Origin: an uncultured delta proteobacterium
Lineage (GTDB): Bacteria > Desulfobacterota > Binatia > UBA9968
Assembly: GCA_963804165.1 (NCBI GenBank)
Contig: CAWDPO010000042.1
Span: 32,001 to 96,000 of the forward strand
DNA length: 64,000 bases
Direction of reading: 5' to 3'
Within the stretch, counting starts at the first letter, position 1. Every line of letters starts with the position of its first letter. Below the pieces are notes generated by a model that saw nothing but the letters and a program-made list of their open reading frames with translations, did no database searches and was not told where the DNA came from. Positions 49,948-58,308 of this stretch are shown here, in pieces. A program made the position numbers and the translations under genes.

Positions 49948-50652
49948 TTATGTTAGCCCGAGCGTCAAGAGATACAGAATCCCGGTCAACAGGAAACCAT
50001 ACCACAGCGCTCCCTTCACCGAATCGAGCGGCTGCTTCGCCACGCCTTGAGTTCCTATCAGCGCATTACATTCAAAGGCCGCCACAAGCACGATCACAAT
50101 AAACCAAAAATATCCGTGTGACTCCCTCGGGCCCATTGAGCTCACCATCGCGGAATAATGACTCGCCGCGCCCATGTAGAACAGCATGGGGATCGAGAAG
50201 ACGGTATTGGTTCTCGAAGTCAGCGCGGCTCGACGACCCGCGCCAGCAGCGGCCGGCAATGCCTGACCGCCCCCAGCCACCTGATTAGCGAAGCGATCAC
50301 GATCTGCTGATTGGGCCAAATTACGAGCCAAACGTTGAGAAACATCAGGGTACCGATTAAACCGCCCACGGTTATCGTCACGCCGTAAGAGGATGAATAG
50401 AATAGCGCAGCGCCCATTTCGCCCATCCGCATGGTATAAATCGAGATACCGGAAAGAAAAGTGAACATCGCGCCCCAGCGAAACCACCAAAGTGCTCGCG
50501 GCACGAGCTTTTGAATTGCCGCCGTCCTGATCCCGGCCTTCAGTCTCGGCAAAAAATGGCGTCTGGACGAAATTGAAATAGTAAAGAATGCCAATCCAAG
50601 TGATACCGGCTAAAAAATGAACCCACCGAAGTATAAACAAGGTAAACTCCAT
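49948..50652 (-). CDS. Urate-oxidase N-terminal (PuuD-like) membrane protein without a cytochrome domain (frameshifted)
   Basis: RWVHFLAGITWIGILYYFN, RALWWFRWGA, MFLNVWLVIWPNQ, SRTNTVFSIPMLFYM. Confidence 0.82.
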   Translation of the reverse strand: MEFTLFILRWVHFLAGITWIGILYYFNFVQTPFFAETEGRDQDGGNSKARAASTLVVSLGRDVHFSFRYLDLYHADGRNGRCAILFILLRRDDNRGRFNRYPDVSQRLARNLAQSADRDRFANQVAGGGQALPAAAGAGRRAALTSRTNTVFSIPMLFYMGAASHYSAMVSSMGPRESHGYFWFIVIVLVAAFECNALIGTQGVAKQPLDSVKGALWYGFLLTGILYLLTLGLT

Positions 50653-51012
50653 GTCTCTCCCCTCCTTCAACGCCGTTGGAAACCATATTAAACAGCAAAT
50701 CATGAATGTTGCTTGGCGTTTATATATTCGGGGTTGCTTATTATTGTCAAGAAAAAACCTCCGCGACTTGTTGCCGCCGCCGAGCGAATTTAGATTCAGA
50801 TTGCAGGAATCACCTGCGCTCAGCCGATGTACGCCGACGAATCAGCCAAACGATCTTCAGCTCGCGAAGCTTGGCTTGACCAATCCGGTGATCTATGCCA
50901 TTTTTCTGCTAGATTTTAACCCCTGCGCGGAGTTTTTCTGATTCAAGAAAGCAAATCGAAAAGACTGCAAACCGCTTCCACAATCGCTCCCGATGTCAGG
51001 CAAAGAATTCCA

Positions 51013-51981
51013 TTGCTACATGGGGCCAACGATCCGTTCCGCTGTGTCAGCGACGCGCTGCAACTCGTCGAAGAAAATTTGGCGCGCGCGGTTCGATCGC
51101 GCGAACAAGCCCTCACCGACATTTCGGCTCATCTCATCGACAGCGGTGGGAAGCGGGTGCGACCGATGGTCACCCTCTTGGCGTATTCTGCGTTTGACGG
51201 TCAACATACCCAAGACATCGTCGATATCGCAACGGCCATCGAGCTTATCCATACCGCAACGTTACTGCACGACGATATCATCGATGGCGCCGAAACGCGC
51301 CGCGGTAAAGAATCAGCATTCAAGAAATTCGGCCTCAAGTCCACTTTAGTCGCCGGAGATTTTCTCTTCATCAAGGCTTTTGAATTCGCTGGTAAATTCG
51401 ACGAGAGCGTAGTGCAGTGGACTGCCGATGCCTGCACGCTATTGACCGAAGGTGAAATTCTGCAAGGCCACTTCAATCGGAATCGCACGGTAACCATCGA
51501 CGATTACCTCGAGATCGTCAAACGGAAAACCGCATCGCTCTTCCACACGGGAGCCAAGGTCGGCGCGTACCTCGCAGGCGCTCCGTCGACCTTCGTCGAT
51601 GAAGCCGAACGCTACGGGCTCAATATGGGCATCGCATTTCAGATGGTCGATGACATTCTTGATGTGGTCGGCCACGTGGATCTTCTGGGTAAACCCATCG
51701 GCATGGACCTGCGTGACGGCAATCCCGCGCTACCGATCATCCTGGCGGTAATCAACGGCGATCCTGCGGTGTGCGACGCCTTCGAAAGTGTCAAGCCGAC
51801 CGAAGCGCAGATCGGCGCAGCGCTCGCGGCCATCAAAACCGGCCCTGCGATTCAGGAAGCAAAAGCGCTTTCTAAACGCTACGCCAAGGAAGCTCTGAAA
51901 TCGGTAAAACAACTGCCGCCATCGATGTACCGTAACGGGCTCAAGACTCTGGTCCAGTTGATCATCGATCGAGATTTCTAA
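51013..51981 (+). CDS. Long-chain polyprenyl diphosphate synthase
   Basis: GGKRVRP, LLHDDIID, FQMVDDILD (two DDxxD motifs). Confidence 0.94.
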   Translation: MLHGANDPFRCVSDALQLVEENLARAVRSREQALTDISAHLIDSGGKRVRPMVTLLAYSAFDGQHTQDIVDIATAIELIHTATLLHDDIIDGAETRRGKESAFKKFGLKSTLVAGDFLFIKAFEFAGKFDESVVQWTADACTLLTEGEILQGHFNRNRTVTIDDYLEIVKRKTASLFHTGAKVGAYLAGAPSTFVDEAERYGLNMGIAFQMVDDILDVVGHVDLLGKPIGMDLRDGNPALPIILAVINGDPAVCDAFESVKPTEAQIGAALAAIKTGPAIQEAKALSKRYAKEALKSVKQLPPSMYRNGLKTLVQLIIDRDF

Positions 51982-52029
51982 CTCCATTATTTGCTCTTCG
52001 CGCAGTGCCTATCGTAAGCATCCCGGCCG

Positions 52030-52761
52030 ATGTCCGACGTTAACGCTTCGCGCGACCGATCCGTTCAAAATATGTTTGACCGGATTGCCGGTCGCTATGA
52101 CCTGCTCAATCGCGTCATTAGCTTTCGCCTCGACACACGGTGGAGGCGCCAAGCCATTCGTGCCGCGCTCACGGGCATGCACCCTCGCATCCTCGATATC
52201 GGCACCGGTACCGGCGACTTGGTTTTGAACGCCGCAACGACCGCCAAAGGCAATGGGCACTTCGTCGGATTGGATTTCTCACTGCAAATGTTAAAGCTAG
52301 CGCAAGCTAAGCGGGCACGGGCACGGTATGGTGCAAGCACCGCCTTCATCATGGGCAGTGCGATGTTTGCGCCCTTTAAGAATTCGCTTTTTGACGGCGC
52401 GATGGCGGCGTTTGTTCTGCGCAACGTTTCCGATTTGCCGCTGTTCTTCGCCGAGTCGTTTCGTGTCATCAAGCCCGGCGGAAAATTTGTCTCGCTCGAT
52501 ATGTTCCCTCCCCCCGCGAGCTGGTTTGCGGCGCTATACTCAATCTATTTTTATTGTTTAATGCCGTCCATTGGCGGATGGCTCTCGCAGGATCGCATGG
52601 CGTACCAATATCTTTCCGATTCGGTGCGGCAGTTTCATCCTCCCGAGAAAGTGGCGCAACTTATCCAGGAAGCCGGTTTCGAACATGTCGCCGTGCGAAA
52701 ATTTTTGAGTGGCGCGGTTTGCATGCACGTCGCCGAAAAGCCCCGCGGGCCGGCGCGCTGA
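52030..52761 (+). CDS. ubiE: Demethylmenaquinone/ubiquinone C-methyltransferase (UbiE/MenG)
   Basis: MFDRIAGRYDLLN, LDIGTGTGD, AFVLRNV, AYQYLSDS. Confidence 0.9.
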   Translation: MSDVNASRDRSVQNMFDRIAGRYDLLNRVISFRLDTRWRRQAIRAALTGMHPRILDIGTGTGDLVLNAATTAKGNGHFVGLDFSLQMLKLAQAKRARARYGASTAFIMGSAMFAPFKNSLFDGAMAAFVLRNVSDLPLFFAESFRVIKPGGKFVSLDMFPPPASWFAALYSIYFYCLMPSIGGWLSQDRMAYQYLSDSVRQFHPPEKVAQLIQEAGFEHVAVRKFLSGAVCMHVAEKPRGPAR

Positions 52762-52771
52762 ATGTAACTCC

Positions 52772-53602
52772 ATGCAAGGATTTTCCAGCAGTTTTCTGAT
52801 TTTCTTTTATCAAGTGGCGTTGGGCGGTCTTTTCGCCTTGGCAGGAACGCCGTTTCACGAGATCGAGCGCGCCTTTTACAAATCGACGGCTGCCGTTCTC
52901 TATGTCATCGCCTTGCTCGGGTTATGGGGCAAAAGCTCGCTCTATTGGGACAGCTTATCGCAACGTCTGAGCTGGGGAGTCGGGCTCGAAGTCTGTCTTC
53001 ATGTTGCGTTCATTATTTTCTTTTCATGTTACATGATGTCTCTGTGGACTGAAAACCAGGCTTTTCGGGCGCGCAGCTTTGCCTCAGCCGTTCTTGCCGG
53101 TTCCGCCGGCTTGATTCTCAGCGCCCACAGCTTTTATGACGCGGCATTTTTCTCGATTGAGACCGTGGTGTATCCCACCACCTTTTTTATATCTTCTCTG
53201 CTGCTCGGCGGCGTCACCGTCGGTATGCTGATCGGCCATTGGTATCTCATCGATACTGGGCAGAGTCTGGATCCTTTTATTCGAACTTATCGATTCTTCG
53301 TGATGTCGTTAATCGCGCAATGCGCGTTTTTGGCGCTATCGCCGCTCATCCTATATTTTTTTGGAACCGCGCAAACCGCCATCGCCATGGAGCGCTTATG
53401 GCAACATCATTCAACGCTGTTGATCACGCGGGCGATGGTCGGCCAAGTCGCACCGCTGATTCTGTCTTGGATGATCTGGCGTACCTTGCTTATACCCCAC
53501 ACCATGGCCGCCACCGGTTTGTTTTATATCGCGTTATTGGGAGTGTTCGTCGGAGAGATCTTGGGCCGGCAGATTCTTGCTTTAACTTCGTTGCCCTTCT
53601 GA
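52772..53602 (+). CDS. Polytopic membrane protein of unknown function
   Basis: About 8 TM helices; GMLIGHWYL and TMAATGLFY motifs. Confidence 0.8.
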   Translation: MQGFSSSFLIFFYQVALGGLFALAGTPFHEIERAFYKSTAAVLYVIALLGLWGKSSLYWDSLSQRLSWGVGLEVCLHVAFIIFFSCYMMSLWTENQAFRARSFASAVLAGSAGLILSAHSFYDAAFFSIETVVYPTTFFISSLLLGGVTVGMLIGHWYLIDTGQSLDPFIRTYRFFVMSLIAQCAFLALSPLILYFFGTAQTAIAMERLWQHHSTLLITRAMVGQVAPLILSWMIWRTLLIPHTMAATGLFYIALLGVFVGEILGRQILALTSLPF

Positions 53603-53893
53603 ATCAGGCGCACCGATGTCACCTTTCGACTTCGGATAAGTCTTTAGCTTGGTGATTCGCAGACCGGCAGAAGTCCACCCCAAGTCGTAACCCACAGGCT
53701 CGCCGACATACAGGTCCAGCGGCGATTTTGCTTCGCCCGAAAGCAGCACCAATTCGTACGAGAACGTCAATTCGCGACCGCTCTCAGTCTTGACGACGCC
53801 CGTATTGTTCGACGGGAAAAGTTTGGTGATCACGCCCTGGTGGTAAAAATCTCCGCGTGCCGACTTTAAAGGGTCTTTGTCTTCTGGAGCCAT
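53582..53893 (-). CDS. Cold-shock-domain-like OB-fold protein
   Basis: HQGVITKLFPSNNTGVVKTESGRELTF...LYVGEPVGYD resembles the CSD strand pattern. Confidence 0.6.
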   Translation of the reverse strand: MAPEDKDPLKSARGDFYHQGVITKLFPSNNTGVVKTESGRELTFSYELVLLSGEAKSPLDLYVGEPVGYDLGWTSAGLRITKLKTYPKSKGDIGAPDSEGQRS

Positions 53894-54000
53894 TTTTCGG
53901 ACTACCGCTTAAAGTGGCCAGAGATCCGGGTGAATTTCATCCCGTCACATTGAAACCTGGCGGCTTGGTTATAACATTATCGCGCAATTGTCGATCGCGC

Positions 54001-54510
54001 CTAGCCGATCGGCTGTTTCTGGGAAGCGATACGGCTTTGTAGTTCCATCAGGCCGTCGAGTACAGCTTCAGGCCGGGGTGGGCAACCGGGCACATAAACA
54101 TCGACAGGGATAATCCGGTCGATTCCCTGCACCGTAGCATAGTTATCATAAAAGCCGCCGCTGGCGGCGCAGGCGCCAAAAGCCATGACCCACTTAGGTT
54201 CGGACATCTGTTCATAGACTCGCTTCAAGACCGGGGAGAGTTTGTGGTTCACCGTCCCGATCACCATAAGCAAATCAGCTTGTCGCGGACTGAAGCGCGG
54301 CAGCAACGCGCCGAACCGATCGATATCGTAGGGTGACATCGACAGTGACATGTATTCCATCGCGCAGCAGGCCGTGGCGAACGGATACGGGAAGAGCGAA
54401 TATTTCCGCGCCCATCCTATAGCCTTGTCTAAGCGCGTCAGGGCTACCGTTTCGGCGAGTAACTTATCCTGTCCATAACGCGAAGTCGTTTCAGGTATTT
54501 TAGTATCCAT
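54001..54510 (-). CDS. nuoB: NADH-quinone oxidoreductase subunit B (stand-alone)
   Basis: TACCAMEYM, SPRQADL, PKWVMAFGACA, DVYVPGCPPRPE. Confidence 0.95.
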   Translation of the reverse strand: MDTKIPETTSRYGQDKLLAETVALTRLDKAIGWARKYSLFPYPFATACCAMEYMSLSMSPYDIDRFGALLPRFSPRQADLLMVIGTVNHKLSPVLKRVYEQMSEPKWVMAFGACAASGGFYDNYATVQGIDRIIPVDVYVPGCPPRPEAVLDGLMELQSRIASQKQPIG

Positions 54511-54794
54511 AGTAAACGATTCGTTCCCTCAGGTTACGATGCATTTTATCGCGCTTTTCGCCTCAATGCAGAAATCTACAATTTTTACCTGGATTAAACA
54601 AATTGGGGCGCGACGCGGGAAATACTACGGACGCGGGATATCGAGACTTTTTATCGTGATGTGAACGTGCGATCACCGGTCGGAAAATCGAGAGGAAATT
54701 TCCTGGAGAAGGCTAGAATGACTCGGATTCGTCACGCCAATGGCGGCCGGCGGATCGGCTGCGCACGCTTGGCGTGACGCCGGTCTCAACGCGT

Positions 54795-54995
54795 TTACTT
54801 TTTTATAACGTTAACGGCTTGGGGACCCTTGTCGCCTTGGGCGATTTCAAAATCGACGCTCTCGCCTTCGTTGAGGGACTTGAATCCCTCCCCCTGAATC
54901 GCGCTGTAATGAACAAAGACGTCGCCCCCACCTTCCTTTTCTATGAAGCCGTATCCCTTCGCATTGTTAAACCATTTAACCTTACCAGATGCCAT
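54795..54995 (-). CDS. csp: Cold shock protein
   Basis: [31 protein letters not shown]. Confidence 0.97.
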   Translation of the reverse strand: MASGKVKWFNNAKGYGFIEKEGGGDVFVHYSAIQGEGFKSLNEGESVDFEIAQGDKGPQAVNVIKK

Positions 54996-55166
54996 TGAAC
55001 CTCCTCGCACGCAAAGCCCGTTAAGAAAATTCGCCCGCCTCAGTTCCGCAAAATTATCGCTACTTTTCCTCTATTTTTGATTCCAGTAGCGAAAGCTCGG
55101 CGCCGCCCGCAGGCGCACGGCTAGCTGCGAACAAAAAACAGAGAAACCCAAATTTTCCGGGGCGAG

Positions 55167-55195
55167 ATTAGGAAAACCTGACCACAATTGTCAAG
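55167..55195 (-). promoter_or_regulatory. Putative sigma70 promoter of csp, giving a ~165-nt 5' UTR
   Basis: Minus strand TTGACA-attgtggtcaggttttc-CTAAT; a long UTR is typical of csp genes. Confidence 0.5.
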
Positions 55196-55204
55196 AAAAA
55201 AATT

Positions 55205-55458
55205 GCCGTTCGAGTTGAACCGGTGCTCGGTCTCACCGAGTGCGAACCGATGTAAACTCGAAAGAGGTCGCCGCGTTGAGCTCTCAGGTCTTGATAATTG
55301 GACCTACCCGCAGATTGACGCTCGATTTCCACAGGTGTCGGTGCGATGAGCGCCATACTCCGTTTCTAGCCATTCCCAAGGCGTGTTTTCGGACCTGAGG
55401 GGTCGTTTGTGCGGGCTCCGAAATCCTCCGGCTCGCGGATAGGGGCCGCGGATCGACC
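55205..55458 (-). ncRNA. Candidate structured ncRNA, family unassigned
   Basis: Dense nested and crossing complementarity, G-U pairs only on the minus strand, 3' long hairpin followed by a U-tract; no credible ORF. Confidence 0.55.
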
Positions 55459-55751
55459 AATTCTAGCGATAATCAACCCATAAATGGTTATATATTCATG
55501 GTTAATTCGTTGTGCTGGTTTGTCGGGCCAGAATCACGATTTCGCGACCTTTGATTGTGAAAATCCGCCACGAATCCGGATTGGTTGGTCAAAGGCCGAG
55601 GGCGCCCTGAGCGATTTCGGTTCGGATAACGGGGGGCACGCGATTCAACGCTCAGGGGGTCATTTCTCGAGTTATGCCGAAGAATAAGCAAAGGTTAACT
55701 TGCCTAGTTACCTCTAAGTCATTGATCTATTTAAATAAATTATAAGCAATA

Positions 55752-55780
55752 TTGACCTGGAGTAAGTTTTCCGTTATAGG
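55752..55780 (+). promoter_or_regulatory. Putative sigma70 promoter of thrB
   Basis: TTGACC-N17-TATAGG with AT-rich upstream sequence. Confidence 0.45.
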
Positions 55781-55855
55781 TAGAGAAGTTAGCATGCAGA
55801 ATTTTCCACGTCTCCTTAAAGCGTCAAAGTTGGCAGGATGATAGAAGACCACTGA

Positions 55856-56878
55856 ATGGCGATTTATACCTCACTTTCGAAAAGGGACATTACCAGGCTC
55901 ATCGATGAGTTTGCGCTGGGCGAGTTCGTGTCTTTCAGCGGAACGCGTACTGGCTCGGTAAATACCCACTATCTCATTGAGACAAAGCGCGCAAAATTTT
56001 TTGCCAAAATCGATGAAATCAAAAGCGAAGTTGAGGTAAAACAAGAACTTGATCTATTACTGCATTTGAGAAAGCAAAATTTTCCATGTCTTCAGCCGCT
56101 CAAGACCAAAAGCGGCAGGTACCACCTGGAATTTCAAGGAAAGTGTGTCACCGTGACGCGCCATCTCGACGGCGTCGAATTGCCTGTGGAATCAATGACC
56201 GCTACGCACTTGAGTTCATTAGGACATGCTCTTGCCAACTTGCATTTAATAGGTCGAAGCTACAAGAAAGGCATCGATAACCGATTCGGTTTCAACCGGA
56301 TCGTTGCGATTTATCGCGATGTGCGTCGGCAGTTGCCTTCACACCTGAAAAATATCGTCAGGGTTTTGGACGACGAGTTCTCATATTTGGAGAACTACCT
56401 CGATAATAACTTGCCAAAGGGAATCATTCACGGCGACTTGTTCCCCGATAACGTAAAATTCAAGGGGAACCGCCTGACCGGCGTGATGGATTTTGAAGCG
56501 GCTTGCCGGGGAAAGTTGATCTACGACCTCGCCACCGCAGTTAATGCACTCTGCTTTCTCGACGACCGCTATCGCATCGACAGATTCGAAGCCTTGATCT
56601 CCGGCTACGAGAGCCTGCGGCCACTCTCACTGCCGGAATGGGATTCATTTCCGAACGAATTGCGCTTTTCGGCCTTGCGCTTTACCGTAACCCGCATTAA
56701 AGATTTTTATCTTCGCAGTGCAGATGACAGCCAGCGTGTCTATAAAGATTTCAAAGAATTTTATGACCGTTTGTTGATTTTACGACGTGAAAAAAGCGGC
56801 GGGATGGAAGACATTTTGTTAGCCATGGCGACCGGCTATGACTATCGCAAATATCAGAAATCCAAGCCCTCTAAATGA
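55856..56878 (+). CDS. thrB: Homoserine kinase type II (APH fold)
   Basis: MAIYT, GSVNTHY, LPKGIIHGDLFPDN, MDFEAAC, ALRFTVTR. Confidence 0.85.
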   Translation: MAIYTSLSKRDITRLIDEFALGEFVSFSGTRTGSVNTHYLIETKRAKFFAKIDEIKSEVEVKQELDLLLHLRKQNFPCLQPLKTKSGRYHLEFQGKCVTVTRHLDGVELPVESMTATHLSSLGHALANLHLIGRSYKKGIDNRFGFNRIVAIYRDVRRQLPSHLKNIVRVLDDEFSYLENYLDNNLPKGIIHGDLFPDNVKFKGNRLTGVMDFEAACRGKLIYDLATAVNALCFLDDRYRIDRFEALISGYESLRPLSLPEWDSFPNELRFSALRFTVTRIKDFYLRSADDSQRVYKDFKEFYDRLLILRREKSGGMEDILLAMATGYDYRKYQKSKPSK

Positions 56879-56893
56879 CTAATCAATTTTAGA

Positions 56894-57295
56894 TCAGCTT
56901 TGCTCGCCAGAGGACTCCTCCAGCAGACGTTTGACCTTTACCTGAGTATCTCGACGAATGAGGTACACCATCGCCGTTAACGTCAAAAGCGCGCCAATAA
57001 TGAACAACGCCCTCCCTCCCGTCAAAACGATATAAAAAAAATTGAGTTTCACTCTCGCTCCGTTGTATTTCTCTCGATCTTCATTGATGCGCCGCAGCAC
57101 TTCTTCGTTTTTTTGGTGATCCAGTTGTTGAAAATTGCGGTAACTCTCTTCCAATCCGGTGCGCGCCGTCTTGTATAACAGAGCTTGGTACTTGGAGGAT
57201 TCGATTGCCCCGACCGTCCAATTCCCAATGCCCATCACCAGGCAAACGATCCCTGCAACCATGAGATTACTTGAATACATTTCGCGCGCTTTCAC
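56894..57295 (-). CDS. Hypothetical membrane protein (2 TM)
   Basis: Hydrophobic N- and C-terminal helices flanking a soluble loop. Confidence 0.7.
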   Translation of the reverse strand: MKAREMYSSNLMVAGIVCLVMGIGNWTVGAIESSKYQALLYKTARTGLEESYRNFQQLDHQKNEEVLRRINEDREKYNGARVKLNFFYIVLTGGRALFIIGALLTLTAMVYLIRRDTQVKVKRLLEESSGEQS

Positions 57296-57397
57296 AATAT
57301 TGCTTCTCCTCAGGCCAGAATACCGGGCATTGACCTTTTTTTCCAGCCATCCCGGTGATCATTGCACAGACCCACGGAGTGGCTTAGGATTCTCAAC

Positions 57398-58123
57398 ATG
57401 AGCCGTTATGTCGTCGGCGATATTCATGGCTGTGTGGACGAGCTTCGCCGTTTAATTGAGACGTTGCCGTTAGCGCGCGGCGACCGCGTGGTTTTTCTGG
57501 GTGACTACGTTGATCGCGGCCCGGATTCCTCAGGTGTAGTTTCCTACTTGATATCGCTTCAAAAGCAACGCAATGACATTGACCTCGTATTCCTGAAAGG
57601 AAACCATGAGGACATGTTTTTGTCCTACCTCGGGTTAAACGGCCGACACGGCGACATGTTCTTGATCAATGGCGGAAAGGCGACACTGGCTAGCTACGGC
57701 CTTACAGCGGACAGATTTTCGGCGCCGCAAGCGTTGGCGGCGATGCCGGCCGAGCACCTGGATTTTTTCGAAGGTCTCGAAAGGTACTATTCCATGGATT
57801 CGTTCCTGTGCGTACACGCCGGGATTCACCCGCAAAAATCTCTCGCGGATCAGACGGACGAGGAACTATTTTGGATCCGCAACACATTTATTTTCAACTC
57901 TCACGGCCTTCCCTACACGGTTTTGTTCGGACACACTCCGCAGCCGACCGTTTTATACGATCTCCCCTACAAAGTTGGCTTAGACACCGGGCTAGTATAC
58001 GGCAACATGTTGACATGTCTCGATGTAGATGAGAAAGTCCTCTACCAGATCAACCGAGGAAGGAAGAGCATTCATCGAACTTCCGTGCAGCGGAGGTGGA
58101 ATCCGTCTGCGGCCCTTCCCTGA
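57398..58123 (+). CDS. PPP-family Ser/Thr protein phosphatase (metallophosphoesterase)
   Basis: GDIHG, GDYVDRGP, LKGNHE, VHAG, FGHTP, LDTG. Confidence 0.93.
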   Translation: MSRYVVGDIHGCVDELRRLIETLPLARGDRVVFLGDYVDRGPDSSGVVSYLISLQKQRNDIDLVFLKGNHEDMFLSYLGLNGRHGDMFLINGGKATLASYGLTADRFSAPQALAAMPAEHLDFFEGLERYYSMDSFLCVHAGIHPQKSLADQTDEELFWIRNTFIFNSHGLPYTVLFGHTPQPTVLYDLPYKVGLDTGLVYGNMLTCLDVDEKVLYQINRGRKSIHRTSVQRRWNPSAALP

Positions 58124-58165
58124 CAGATTGATCTTTTCCCCAATTCATCAAAACTTGAATGCCTT

Positions 58166-58242
58166 GGCGGTGTAGCTCAGTTGGTCAGAGCACGCGGCTC
58201 ATATCCGCGGCGTCGACAGTTCGAATCCGTCCACCGCCACCA
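58166..58242 (+). tRNA. tRNA-Met (CAT), elongator type; probable integration site
   Basis: GGCGGTG/CACCGCC acceptor stem, CGCGG-CT-CAT-AT-CCGCG, CCA end; one T-stem mismatch. Confidence 0.93.
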
Positions 58243-58308
58243 ATTCTTCTCTCGGTAAGATCACGAATTCCATAGGTACTTTGCTGTGTTGCTAGCATCC
58301 TAGCCAAC

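Noticed and set aside
55205-55458. Assignment of the RNA candidate as RNase P, SRP, tmRNA, 6S or a group II intron remnant
   Set aside because: Lacks GAGGAAAGUCC, the GGAAGCAGC SRP loop, tRNA-like ends, a simple rod fold and a domain V hairpin.
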